The notes: generated by a model from the letters alone, not told the origin. 64,000 bases of DNA from Mitosporidium daphniae (GCF_000760515.2 NW_013546711.1:1-64000), one strand, 5' to 3'; shown: positions 22,906 through 35,667, counted from the first letter of the stretch. A program made the numbers and translations.

Positions 22906-24131
22906 ATGATCTGGAAAATTGGCTGATAGATTTGTCCATCAACTCCAAGTCCTGGTAACAAGTTTATCATTAACTCCTTTACTAGCAAGTTTAAATAAAC
23001 AGTTTCCACTTTTTTCTTTTTTACACGTTGGATTTTAAATGCCTAACTTGTATTAAAAGGGCAAAAAAGTCGCCAAAATGGCCCAAAGCTTGGATTCCCT
23101 TCAATGTTTCGGGACATCACAAAAAAGGTACCCCCATAATATGTGCAAAAGACCTTATTGATTTTGTGGGATTCGGCAGCTTCTTGAGTTAACTTGCCTA
23201 GTAAATTGGTCTATTGGCCTATTGAGGTAAGTGGGATTTGAAATGCTACCAATTGAAGAGTTTAAAGCCATGGTTGATTATCTCAATCATCGTTATAGTT
23301 AAAAAAGAAAGCAATAATATCATGTTCGTAGTAACCGTGCTAACTCAGCTTGGGTGCCTGAAACCCATCATACCCCAACCCTAGCCATCGACGACGTCAA
23401 TTTAGGGGTTAGGAGGGTTTCGGTTTAAAAATTACATTTAAGATCAAGCGGAACACTGCACTAGGGTTAACCCACCAGTTGATGCCGACTCAAGGCCCAG
23501 GCTCAATCGCGCATTTGGTTAATTTAAAATGGTAAAATATCAAGTGGCCAATAGAAATCCGGTCGCGTGATGCACATCACCGCTAAGAACATTGAAGGTT
23601 GGGCTGAAACCTGATAGGATAGCGACCCAGCCATCCCCATTCTAGGAGTTTCAAAATTGCTGTTGGAGAATATGTGCTTTTGAGCAAATCAGTAATACAA
23701 CTGAGCTCTTCTTATCTTTCGCTAAATTTCGATCTTGGCTTTTAGGCCTCATCTTTATAAATCCGCTCTATTTCTAACCATCTGCATAGTGCGTCAAGTA
23801 TTGTGTTCGGTCAGACATTGGCAAAAGAATCTTCGAATGAGCTAAAAATAATTGAGCAAAACGGGTATTTTGTCGATTTCAGATATTTTACCAGTGGCCA
23901 CGCTCTCTGATTACGGGTTTCCATCCGGTCCATAATCAAGATATCATGCATATAAGGCCGACCGATCGGTTTTCCATGGGTTATGGCTGCTTTTATCAAA
24001 AAGATGCCGATACATGGTTTTCTTGCTTACAAAACCCATTTTGTGGATGTCCTTACAAAAAGACCGATTAATCTTGTGCAAGGTTTCTCCATAAATTGTG
24101 GAGTCATTTTTTGAAGACAAGAGTATTGATC

Positions 24132-24243
24132 AGCTTTCCTGCACTCATATGCATTGGTGAGCTTTCCTGCACTCATATGCATTGGTGAGCTTTCCTGCAC
24201 TCATATGCATTGATGAGCTTTCCTGCAGTCATATGCATTGGTG
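24132..24243. repeat. Minisatellite, 28-nt unit AGCTTTCCTGCACTCATATGCATTGGTG x4
   Basis: Four near-identical units with two single-base variants. Confidence 0.97.
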
Positions 24244-24516
24244 AATTTGCTCCAACTGGGAAAAATTCTGGCCAAATCATTGGATTGGTAAATCGCGGTT
24301 GCTTCGTTTTATTTATTGAGGAAAAACTGGCAAAGCCTGAATCGTGAAGGATGGCCATCCTTTTCCTGCTTTAACGACACCCTTTTTGCCTTTTGGGTAG
24401 CGATGACGCGCCAATTTCTGGGGTGAAGCGGACAAAAAGCAAGCCTACCGGAAAAGGAAACGCCAGTCAAGCATTAAACCAGTCTAAATAACATATCGGA
24501 CTCTTTATTATCTATC

Positions 24517-25014
24517 TTAAAGGTCGTAGTGCCGACGATTGGAGGAAGTGTGGGGGTTTTTTACATTAGAAGACCTCTGTTTGAGATTAGGTATATTGGT
24601 GTATAGAAAGTTCAAGAACCTTATGTGCTTTCTTTCATCAGCATAAGGAATGGGCGTCATATTTCCTTTCAAAAGCACGAAAGTAGGATACCCTTTAACA
24701 TTGAGCTTTGCTGCAACATCCCTGTTTTCTTCGCCGTTGATTGTAGCAATCAGAAGCTTGCCGGATCTTCCATTTTCACCCATCGTTTTGGCAAGCTCCT
24801 CAAACTCCGGCATTGCCCTGACACAATGGTTACACCATGGCACATGGATCATAAGAAATATCGCCTCAAACTTTCTGATGCTATTACTCAAGGTATTTCC
24901 ATCGAGAGCGATGGCCCCTGTTGGTGCGTATTTCACGGATTGCCCTGAAATATAGATTGGCAAGAGCGAAACGAGAACACAGAGGCAAAAGTGGATCAGC
25001 AAAGTTGATTTCAT
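24517..25014 (-). CDS. Single-domain PDI/thioredoxin-like ER protein
   Basis: Signal peptide, WCNHC active site, NVKGYPTF, C-terminal HYDL (HDEL-like). Confidence 0.85.
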   Translation of the reverse strand: MKSTLLIHFCLCVLVSLLPIYISGQSVKYAPTGAIALDGNTLSNSIRKFEAIFLMIHVPWCNHCVRAMPEFEELAKTMGENGRSGKLLIATINGEENRDVAAKLNVKGYPTFVLLKGNMTPIPYADERKHIRFLNFLYTNIPNLKQRSSNVKNPHTSSNRRHYDL

Positions 25015-25043
25015 CAAAAACAAGTGTTTATTTTTCAAATTTA

Positions 25044-25778
25044 ATGCAATCATCACTAGCAAATTTGTGTTTCCATGTCAATAATCAATTGATACGCCGA
25101 AAAATCAATTGCATCGGATCTTCCCTTTTCTCCTCATTGGTGCGAAAGAGGGCTCCAGAGTTTTCAAACAAAAAGGCCGTTGTTGATGGGCAAATTTCCT
25201 CGATCTCTTCGACGGATCTTGCAGGCTCCTATTGGGTCATGCTGTTTTATCCTTTGGATTTGTAATGGGCTGCAGCTTTTGATTTTTTAGTACATTCGTT
25301 TGTCCAACCGAATTGACTGCATTTAACGATAGAATTTCCGAGTTTGAAGCGCTGGGCGTAAAAGTGCTCGCTGCAAGCGTCGATTCTGAATATTCCCATC
25401 TTGCCTGGACAAAACTTCCGCGCAAAGAGGGGGGATTGGGTCCAATGCGAATTCCATTATTGGCAGATGTCGATAAAACCCTGTCTTCAAGCTTTGGGGT
25501 TCTGCTTGACTCTGGAGTGGCGCTTCGCGGCCTATTTATTGTTGACAAGCAGGGCATAGTTCGCCAATCCACCATCAATGACCTGCCAATTGGGAGGAGC
25601 GTTGATGAGGCCATTAGACTGATCCAAGCAGTCCAATTTACCGATGCCAATGGTGAAGGCAAGAATTTACGGTTAGGATGTAACTACGTGTATAGTTTGC
25701 CCTGCTAATTGGAAACCCGGGAACCCATCGATTATTCCGACCCCTCAAGGCTCGGTCAAATATTTTGAGGCAAAATAA
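25044..25778 (+). CDS. 2-Cys peroxiredoxin (probably mitochondrial, with presequence)
   Basis: [53 protein letters not shown]. Two introns, the second GC-AG. Confidence 0.95.
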
Positions 25779-25814
25779 TCGGCAGCCAATAGGGAGCCAA
25801 TAAAAAGTTTTTTT

Positions 25815-27278
25815 ATGCGAATAAAAGCCGAGTGTGAAAGCCATGGCTGCGACGATGATACTGAGGCGCATTTATCGTCCAGAGACTGGGTTTCATATGC
25901 TCTCTTGCTGCTGATATTTGTTTACATGAAAGTATGCATGATTACCAACTCCATGAAGCTGAGGTTAAAGGCACTGGAAACCATGATGCACGATAAGGTC
26001 CGCCAATTCGAAGATACATTTTATCTTCTACAATGCATCCTCAACCAAACGGGACAGCTCATTCTGAAGATGATAGTAGCTTTTTCTGAGGAGCTCCTTG
26101 GCAAAATTTCTTCGCTTGCCGTTGGAATCAAAGAATTGATCCGAAAAATGGCCGTCAAATTCATCATGGGCCATTTCAAAGTGATCCAGTGTATGTCGCC
26201 CAAATCTGCCTCGACGCTTGTTGAAGAAAAAATTGAACAGCTGCTTTTTGAAAAGCATCCGATCGAAAACATAACCTCCAACATGCAGGCAAAACTTTTG
26301 GAAATGAAAAGCAGGCTCCCTGCCAATCAGGGACACGCAAAGTATAAAAACTTCAACATGGCACCTGAAAATTTAGAGGCTCTTTCGCCCACTGCATCAA
26401 TCAACCATTATATTGAAGAGGTACAGCATTGGTCTTTGCTTGCATTCATTTTCGTTGCAGTGGTGATTTTGGTTTTTACGTTCCTTCGAAAAAAGAAATA
26501 CACACCAAAAAAGGCCGGAGATGATTCGATCGTTAAAAAAACCATGCGATATGCTGCTCATGGGCCAAGCTGGCTATTTTTGCTTTCCGGCATTTTTTCT
26601 CTGCTGCTTTCCAGAATCGAATCTTCGATTTTGAAAATGGCGGCCTTGCACCTGGCCAAGGCTGTAAGCCTTGGCTCAAAGGAAATCATTTCAGCGCTAA
26701 GTGAAGATATATGCAAGCTGGTAAGGCTTGAATTTGCCAACTTGAACACGATGTTTGAGGAGCTCTACAACACCACAAAGGCCAATGCAATTCAGCCGAT
26801 GGTAATCCTCTCGTCTTTGCAAGACGTGCTTTCCGATGCCATTAATAAGCATCTGCTACCCGCTTTCAATGAGGTCTTTAACTCTGGCATGGTATCCTGG
26901 GCCTCCAATGCGCTTTTCCCCATAACGTCGATTTTGAACTGCATTTCGGGCTTTGATCCGCAAGATTTGAAGGGAGCCTTTTTTTCGCCTTTACAAACGA
27001 TCTCACAAGCGCTAATATTCCCAATGCCCTCGATGCTGAAAGAACTTCAAAACTTTAACACCCCCGCGGATATAGAGAATGTCTTGCTCCGTATTATTGA
27101 AAAGAGCATCTCCCACGAAGCGATGGTAAAAACAGCCATCACAAATGACGAGTATCTCTTTTGCTTGATACTAATATTTGCTGGTCTGTTTGTGATTGTT
27201 GTTCAGTCTTTTTGCTATGCCATTTTCCTTCTTTTCAAGAAAAAGCGAAGCGTATTGCCGAAATATGGCCTATCCTAG
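25815..27278 (+). CDS. PRM1-like plasma membrane fusion protein (divergent)
   Basis: Topology (N-terminal TM, helical ectodomain, two central TMs, second ectodomain, C-terminal TM) and motifs GIKELI...QC, RYAAHGPSWLFLLSGIFSLL, PITSILNCISG recall fungal Prm1. Confidence 0.55.
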   Translation: MRIKAECESHGCDDDTEAHLSSRDWVSYALLLLIFVYMKVCMITNSMKLRLKALETMMHDKVRQFEDTFYLLQCILNQTGQLILKMIVAFSEELLGKISSLAVGIKELIRKMAVKFIMGHFKVIQCMSPKSASTLVEEKIEQLLFEKHPIENITSNMQAKLLEMKSRLPANQGHAKYKNFNMAPENLEALSPTASINHYIEEVQHWSLLAFIFVAVVILVFTFLRKKKYTPKKAGDDSIVKKTMRYAAHGPSWLFLLSGIFSLLLSRIESSILKMAALHLAKAVSLGSKEIISALSEDICKLVRLEFANLNTMFEELYNTTKANAIQPMVILSSLQDVLSDAINKHLLPAFNEVFNSGMVSWASNALFPITSILNCISGFDPQDLKGAFFSPLQTISQALIFPMPSMLKELQNFNTPADIENVLLRIIEKSISHEAMVKTAITNDEYLFCLILIFAGLFVIVVQSFCYAIFLLFKKKRSVLPKYGLS

Positions 27279-27512
27279 CGGTTTTCAGCAGACCTGGACC
27301 TAGGGTCCTGTCCTGTGGTGCTTAATTTGATGTCTCGAATCCAATATGTGGGACACCACCATGATGCCGCCGGGGTTGAAAAGCCCAATTTATGCTTTAA
27401 ATTTTGGGTTTATTGCCAAATATTCGATCCTTTCAAGCAGGTGGAGCCCCCTACAGTCTGCCGTGCTCCATTGGCGGGTATTTAAATGTATAGCCGTCTT
27501 GATAAAACAGGT

Positions 27513-28538
27513 CTACATGATAAACACATATGAGGCACACGGAGTACCTTTTTTGAATTCTGTCGTTCCAGGAACTGCCGCATACTTTGAAAAATCAGAA
27601 ACCCCATAATGTCTCAGTATGTCTTCATCAATTGTAAAGTTGCCGCTAAAAGTTATTATCACCCGCATATTGCTACGTATATTGGCGGCTAGCCGTGGTG
27701 ATGATTGCAAGTGCTGCATCGGATACGATTTCTGCAGTTCTTCCCATCCTCTTCAGCTCTTCTGCATGTTCTCCAGTAAGCCAAATGCAACGCTAACCTG
27801 GCGAGATTGCCTGCATTGCCGCAGTGGAGATCAGCGTTTTTGGCCATAAAGCATTTACTGCAATTCCCTGCACATAGGGTTAGATCAAGCAAAGCATTAC
27901 TTCCGATTGAAGTTCAGCAGACAAGCCCATGATTACCATGGACATCCCGTATTTGGACATCGTATAGGCGGTATGCTTTGCAAACCATTTCTTCTCCAAA
28001 GAAATCGGCGGACAAAGCGCCAAAATGTGCGGGTTTCTTGATTTTTTCAGAAAGGGAACCGCATGCTTGCTAACCAGATAAGTCCCGCGAACATTGATTC
28101 CGTTCATCAGGTCAAATGCTTTTGCACTTGTATCTTGGACCTTGGTCAGCGAAATCGCAGATGCGTTGTTGATGACAATATCGATTCCTCCAAATCTAAT
28201 TGCAATATCAACTCGGCAAAAGAAACCTTTTCACTGTGGCACCGATTGCAGCAATAATTTGATCCTCAAATCGAATATCACAAGCAACGGGGAGAGAAAA
28301 GCCTCCTAACCTTTCGACCTCCCTTGCAGTATCATGAATAGTGCCAGGTAGCTATTAAGACGGTAAATTTGTCCGCATACTTTGGGATTGGGCTCAATTG
28401 TCTTCGCAACAATTGCCACGTTAGCTCCTTCGCGAGCAAAACTAGCCCGTTACACACGGAGACTTACCGAAGTGCCAGAGACTTTCCAATGCCGCGGGAA
28501 GCTCCTGTTATAAACACCGTTTGACCCTTCAGTGACAT
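27513..28538 (-). CDS. HSDL2-like short-chain dehydrogenase/reductase (no SCP2 domain), multi-exon
   Basis: MSLKGQTVFITGASRGIG, PNPK|LPGTIH, FGGIDIVINNASAI, AYTMSKYGMS, VNALWPKT, GNFTIDEDIL. Confidence 0.9.
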
Positions 28539-28865
28539 TTAAAATGAAATTTCTCTTTTAGAGCGTCCAATGTCACTTGTCATCAATTGATCTGCATCAT
28601 TTGGGCAAATTTAAAATTTAAACCGCCAAATACGAGCAGCACACACAGAACACCTTGGCACTGCGATGCGTCCACATCCAATGGGTAGCTGTCAAAAGGT
28701 GGTAGGTCGGAAATAAACAATTTACCCCACAGATGGATGATGCAGTGATCGGGGAAACACGCCCATCGGCTCTCTCAATAAATTATCTCAAACGATTTCG
28801 GAATTCCAAATTTTATTGACCATCAATGATTGGAGACCCTCTAGCGCAAAGAAGGCCTTTACTCT

Positions 28866-28891
28866 GGATGGCTTTGAAAAGCCGTTTGAGA
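28866..28891 (-). promoter_or_regulatory. Histone mRNA 3' stem-loop-like element (H3)
   Basis: TCTCAAACGGCTTTTCAAAGCCATCC begins 15 nt after the H3 stop; identical to the element after H4. Confidence 0.8.
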
Positions 28892-28906
28892 AGGTAAATA
28901 GAGGAA

Positions 28907-29374
<468 letters not shown>

Positions 29375-29520
29375 TTATATACTTATCAGAATGGCGGGTA
29401 AATCATATTTCGCCGCGCATTCTGATTGGCCGTGGCCCTGAAAGTGGCGCTAATGTCAATCAAATAGATGGGTATCTAACCCTATTTTTGGCAGTTTTCC
29501 CGCCAAACTTTACCCTATAA

Positions 29521-29910
<390 letters not shown>

Positions 29911-29947
29911 ATGCTTTCGCATCTTTTTTCATTGCGTTCAACGCAAC

Positions 29948-29973
29948 TCTCAAACGGCTTTTCAAAGCCATCC
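29948..29973 (+). promoter_or_regulatory. Histone mRNA 3' stem-loop-like element (H4)
   Basis: The same 26-mer as after H3, 37 nt after the H4 stop. Confidence 0.8.
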
Positions 29974-30075
29974 TATGATGATGCCATAATTTTCCATAGT
30001 ATTATCGGTCCATGATTGGGGCGATATTTCCCCATTCTATTGGGGCCCTAAGTGCATTTTAATTTTTAAATTGCA

Positions 30076-31527
30076 ATGTTGCTGCGACAGCGTGTCCGCT
30101 TGTTCAAAGAGGCTTTCCCATGGGCAAGGGTTTTTAGGGCACATTTACATTTGCACGAATATGAAGCCAAGAACCTTTTAAAGATGGCCCACGTAGATGT
30201 GCAGCCTTTTGTTGTGGTTGACGCGTCCATGGATCGGGTAGAGGCAGAGAGTATCGTCAAGACCCTGGCTGCAGCTTATCCCAATGATGCGCTGGTGGTA
30301 AAGGCCCAGGTGCTTGCCGGCGGTCGCGGAAAGGGACGGTTCCCAGAATCTGGCCTCCATGGCGGAGTTAAAGTAACCAAAAGGTACCAGCCCTGCATGA
30401 GATTATTTCCAGTGTTGATGAGGCCGTCTCGCTTCTCTTTGACAAGATGCTCAATAAGCGATTGGTAACGCTGCAGTCTCCCCCAGAAGGCTTGCTTGTA
30501 GAAAAGGTATCTTTTTCTGCTTATCAAAAAGGTAATGGTCGCCAAATCTGTGGACATTCAAAAAGAGACCTACCTTGCGATAGTGCTTGACCGTCGGACA
30601 CGCTCGCCAATGCTGATATGCTCTCCAATCGGTGGAATCGATATTGAGAAAGTGGCCGCTGAAAATCCCGAGGCTATTTTAGCGGTTCCTCTTGATGGTG
30701 CGGATACACCCATCCCAATGGAGCTCATCTGCCGCCATTTGGGCCTGCCAGAGGTTGACGTCGAAATCCACCGCCAGATCGCCGCGCTAATTAGGATTTT
30801 TTTCTCAAGCGATGCCTTACAGGTGGAGATTAATCCACTTGCCATGCTTACAAACGGCAAAGGTAAGCCTATTTATCGCATCTCAAAGTGATGGCTATCG
30901 ATTCCAAAATCGAAATCGATGATGCCGCCCTGTTTCGGCAGCGTGGCTTTTCAACGGCATCAACACAAGACAAACGGGAGGCTGCTGCCTCTGCGCTTGC
31001 GCTGTCATTTGTAAATCTCAGCGGTACCGTTGGGTCGCTAGTCAATGGCGCTGGCCTTGCCATGGCCACGATGGATCTCATCAAAGAGTTCAATGGAAGT
31101 GCTGCAAATTTCCTCGATGTTGGCGGCTCCGCCTCCGCCTCGCAAGTGGCAGGTGGTTTGCACATCATCGCTTCAGATCCAAACGTACGCTTTTGTCCCC
31201 GATTTCTTGTTTTGATGGATCTAGGTACGGGCCATTTTCGTAAATATTTTTGGCGGCATCATGCGATGCGATACCGTTGCTTCTGGTCTGATATCAGCCT
31301 ATCGGCTACTTGAACAAAAAGGCATTGTACTCCCGCCAACAATTGTTCGACTTGCCGGCACGCGGCTTGAAGAGGCAACCGCGCTAATAAAAGACTCTGG
31401 GCTCCCCTTTCTCTTCACAACGGATCTTTCTGAAGGGGCCAGATTGGCCGTCGCTGCTGCCACACGCGATACGGCGGCACCAGCGCCATCGTTTAGATGT
31501 ACGTTGACTGCACAACAAATCCGATAA
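30076..31527 (+). CDS. LSC2: Succinyl-CoA ligase beta subunit, mitochondrial, 5 exons
   Basis: LHLHEYEAK, VVKAQVLAGGRGKG, GGIDIE.VA, VEINPL, LVNGAGLAMATMD, ANFLDVGG, VNIFGGIMRCD, VRLAGT. Confidence 0.95.
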
Positions 31528-31594
31528 ATTATTGTTGCCGTTTTCGGGTAGTAATTTATTGACAAATAAAGCTTTGCCCGTCGTGGGTCCATCA

Positions 31595-32052
31595 TTAGCC
31601 AGAACAGCCACGGCAGCCGCAAAGTTGACACTGGAAGGGGCGTGTGGCAGAATCTATTTTAGAACGTGGCACCCTGCATATGCAAGTGGTCCCATAGTTC
31701 ATATCGGCCGGCTGAATACACCGCAAGCAACATAGACGCTCGTAGCCCTGTTTTTTCCACTTGGCAATCAGAGCGGCATCGGCGATCTTTTCGCTTAAAC
31801 AGTATTTGTATAGCTCCTCTGAAATGGCCTTCTGGCAATAATACATTTCGTAAATGTAGCGTGAACGCAGATGATGCAGCCGGAATATCGGCCATGAGGC
31901 CTCGGCTATCCGTTTTGTTTCATGGGGCTCAATTTCAGCTAAAGTTATTTTATCTTCCTACCTTCGCGCATGTTGCGCTCGATCTCGTCCAGCGTATGCT
32001 CAATCACTTCCCAGCCGGAAGGCGGCGGAACACACCCAGGTCGTCTCGCCAT
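31595..32052 (-). CDS. BUD31: Pre-mRNA splicing factor Bud31 (G10)
   Basis: [56 protein letters not shown]. 23-nt intron at 31939-31961. Confidence 0.96.
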
Positions 32053-32138
32053 TAAATTAATTTTCAATTTAATTTAATTTAATTTAATCAAGCCCATGAT
32101 GCATTTGATGCAATGTAGCATAATAGAGCCCATGCCCC

Positions 32139-33452
32139 TCATCCAATTTCGCGTAAAAAAGCTTTAAACAACAGATCAATCAGAAGCCAAAAAGAACTTA
32201 GCGTCGACATGGGCTTTATCAGGTCTGCTAGCTCTTTTTTTTGCACATCGGTGTCTGGCTCGGATCCGAGTGCCAATGCATGCTGATCTTTACGATGAAT
32301 CTGATTTGACAGAACAAGTGCTCGCATGAAATCAGCTTGATTAATATCTGTCAAAACCACGTGGTTCTTGATGAGGCCTTTTAGCAAATCCGGAGTTACA
32401 TATAATAGATCTTCAACCTTTTCAAAACAGCTTTGGACCTTGTGATTGAACATTTTTTGAGTTTTAGGACTGCAATTGGGGGCATTTACAGAACAGCCCG
32501 AGCTCGACTTCAACCCAACGTGCGAATTGCGATCACTTTGACCTCCCAGACGCTCAAAATCGGTCTGCATAAGCTCGATAATGCAACTTTTATCAAAGTA
32601 TGCAGTCTTGGAAGGAAACTCTTTTAAATAGGAAAGCACGAATACAACTGAAATGGATAGAGACGTCGGTATTGGAGAATGGCAAAGCACCTTGCTACAA
32701 TATGAAATGTCAAAGGGATTTTTAAGGTTTAGAGCGTCACTAGCACTGCCATATTTGATGCGAATTTCGTTCAGGTATTCCTCAATCACCAGAGCGCAAG
32801 ATTCGATGACGTGATTTTTCATTTTCTGCAAAATCAAGTCAAGTGCTTGAAATAAGTTGACAAAAACTTTCGCATAAAAGATGGACTTTGCGCTAGGACT
32901 GCCATGTGGCGTGTACATGTTCATCAAATTCAGATAAATCCCGTCAAGCACGTCGGATTCGGATTTTCCTAACTCGCCAAGAGCATTAACTGAATCCTTG
33001 TATTCGAAAAAAACTTTGCTGACCTGGTCTAAAGAGTTCTTAAAAGCATTTATGGGGATGTCTGCCGTATCCAACTGTGCAGATAAAATAATCTCCTTTT
33101 GAAAATTAACCTCAATCAAAGCCAGCACAAGTTTGGCAAGCAAACTTTCGGGAAGCACATCGTAAATGGACCCACAAGGATTCACGTATGAATTGAACAT
33201 AAGCAGAAACTCTCTATAAAAGTTAACATTGCCTTTTGAAGCTTGCGATTCGTCGTATAAGAACTTATAAACAAGATTCTCTATTTCAGCAGCTAGTTTG
33301 TAGCTATCAGTAGGTGTGCGCAAATGGTTATGTAGACGTGGTTTATGAATGAATGGGTTACCAGCCCATTTATTTTCGGCTGCAGAGTTGAGGATAATAA
33401 AGCTCGCTATGATGCTCAAGAGACACAAAAGAAGCGCACGGAGAAGCTTCAT
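32139..33452 (-). CDS. Hypothetical secreted or membrane-anchored protein
   Basis: Intronless 437-aa ORF with an N-terminal hydrophobic signal and a hydrophobic C-terminus. No family recognised. Confidence 0.7.
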   Translation of the reverse strand: MKLLRALLLCLLSIIASFIILNSAAENKWAGNPFIHKPRLHNHLRTPTDSYKLAAEIENLVYKFLYDESQASKGNVNFYREFLLMFNSYVNPCGSIYDVLPESLLAKLVLALIEVNFQKEIILSAQLDTADIPINAFKNSLDQVSKVFFEYKDSVNALGELGKSESDVLDGIYLNLMNMYTPHGSPSAKSIFYAKVFVNLFQALDLILQKMKNHVIESCALVIEEYLNEIRIKYGSASDALNLKNPFDISYCSKVLCHSPIPTSLSISVVFVLSYLKEFPSKTAYFDKSCIIELMQTDFERLGGQSDRNSHVGLKSSSGCSVNAPNCSPKTQKMFNHKVQSCFEKVEDLLYVTPDLLKGLIKNHVVLTDINQADFMRALVLSNQIHRKDQHALALGSEPDTDVQKKELADLIKPMSTLSSFWLLIDLLFKAFLREIG

Positions 33453-33634
33453 GTAACTTGTTTTTATTTTCGAATGTTCTGAGCGGTTTTAACTATAACG
33501 GACGCAGGGAGCCAATAAATTAATAAATTTAACGCAACTTGTAATATTTGGCCCAATCGTTTTCGCCGAACAAAAAAACGCTCTGCTACCCTGCTTTCCG
33601 TGTACAAAATGCTTTCGATTGGATAGTTTTATTG

Positions 33635-35477
33635 CTACTGGCATCGTTCTGATCTTGGCCTTGGAGCGCTTTTGATGATATCATCAACGCGAATGACCAT
33701 CTCTGCAGCCTCCGTCGCTGAGGAAAGAACCTGGCGCTTAAGTCTAGCGCTTTCCGTTATCCCCAAGGCCGAAACATCGGTGATGCGTCCTTGATTGAGG
33801 TCAAGGCCAAATGTCGAAAGGTTGGCTGCATGTGCTGCACGCAGCTGCGAAACAAGCTGCGGAGTGTCCAGACCGGCATTCTCGGACAAGATTGTCGGGA
33901 TCTAAAGTGTAAAAAGCAAGCGATAAAACACAGCCGACAAAAAGTCTAAAAAACAATAAAAGTGCAGAGCGCCACACAAAGCGAGACATCTTCCTTACCA
34001 TTCGGAGCGCGCGCGAAAAGGCCTCGATGGCAAACGCCTGCTTTCCCGGCGTCTTGGCAGCAATCTCGTCAACAGCCCTGCTCATGTGCATCTCGATGCA
34101 GCCGGCACCGAGAACGGTTCGTGTATCATGGCGCACGGCTTGCACCAAAACGCAAAGTGCGTCGTGCATCGAGCGTTCGGCCTCATCGAGCATCTGGCGA
34201 GACGAACCGCGCAAAACAATCGTACATGCGCCATGGCCGTCGGCTCCCTTGACACCTGAAAAGCGTGTCAGCCGCTCTCCACCAACAAGGATCTCCTCCA
34301 CCACCGACGCACTTCCCAAACGAAGCGCTTTCATTGCCGAAGCGGGCTCTGACTCTGATGCGGAAGCATCTGCATTATTATGCGCCTGTCCGAAATAGGA
34401 TGCAATTTGCGCACCGGTCACAAAGGCCAATCGCTCGACGCCATCAAAGTCGGCATGTTCGATGACGGCAATGCCTGCATCTGCAAGAAGCTGTGCCGGC
34501 CATGAATATATGAGCTGGCGATTGACGATGCAATTGATTTTCATCGCTTTCATCACTTCTATTTTGAGGCGCATTTTTTCACGTTCGGCTCTTTCTAGCG
34601 CAGCAAGCGCCTCGCTCGATTCGACACGCATGCGAGAACCAAAGACCTTGATCTTATCCGTATCGAGAGGCGTATTTGCAACCAAAATCCGTGCATCGGT
34701 GATCTGTAAATAAAAAAGCAACCAAGCCACCTTGGTAATGGGCCCAATCATTCGCTTGTCAATGATGAAGCCTTCCGACAGAAATGACTCGCGAAGACGG
34801 CCGCCGGCCTTTTTGATGATTTGGATCATATCCAAGTTTACATGGTCACCATCGCCAAGTCGAAGCACGGCATCCACGGCCATTTCGGCGAAATATTCCT
34901 TCTCTGCTGCGAGAACTTTTGAAGAAAGAGTGGTTTTGGCAATGTTCACCAAATCGCGGCGAAAAAGAACTGGATCGTTTCTATAAGAAAGATTGCAAGT
35001 CCGTGGTACCTGTTATCGATGGCAGCAGCCTCGAGCGTAGCTCGAGCAACGGCTGCAGCGGCACGATACCCTTCAATGATAGTCTGTGGATGGATCTTCA
35101 TGGAAATCAGCTTTTCGGCCTCGCGAAGCAGCTCTGCCGCAAGTATGCAAACGGACGTGGTGCCGTCGCCCACCTCGTCATCCTGCACCTTGGAAATCTC
35201 TACAAGGATCTTTGCAGCAGCATTTTCCAAATGGATGGACTTGAGAATTGTGGCCCCGTCATTGGTCACACTCATGCTGTTGTCCCGGGCCGAAATCAAT
35301 ATCTTGTCCATTCCCTTAGGCCCCAGCGTGTTCCTCACCAAGTCGCCAACGGCAATCGCACCGACAAAGATGTTTAGGCGCGCATTCTCTGCACGCTCTT
35401 CCGTCGCTTCTTGCTGCAAGATTTGGACCGGTGCAAGACTCTAAAACAACGGTTAGCGGAAAGGTGTCGAGTACCAT
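33635..35477 (-). CDS. CCT2: T-complex protein 1 subunit beta
   Basis: [57 protein letters not shown]. Intron directly after the ATG; further introns of 29, 27 and 97 nt. Confidence 0.97.
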
Positions 35478-35667
35478 TTGTGGAATTGCGTAAGTTGTAA
35501 AATTAATTATAATGTGCACTTGTCAAGTTGACTTGGCTGGCGCTGGCCCCGCTTAAATTTTAACTTGCATGTACATTGAAATTTACAAAATAAACTTTAC
35601 GGTTGGCATGAAATGCGACACTGTATTACATGATCAAAGCGGTGGGCATTGTAAACACAATAACAGG

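Noticed and set aside
24132..24243. CRISPR array or coding repeat
   Set aside because: No spacers, and the 28-nt unit is not a multiple of three.
33490..33501. TAACTATAACGG, matching a conserved bacterial 23S rRNA / I-CeuI site fragment
   Set aside because: Only 12 nt with no flanking rRNA similarity; consistent with chance.
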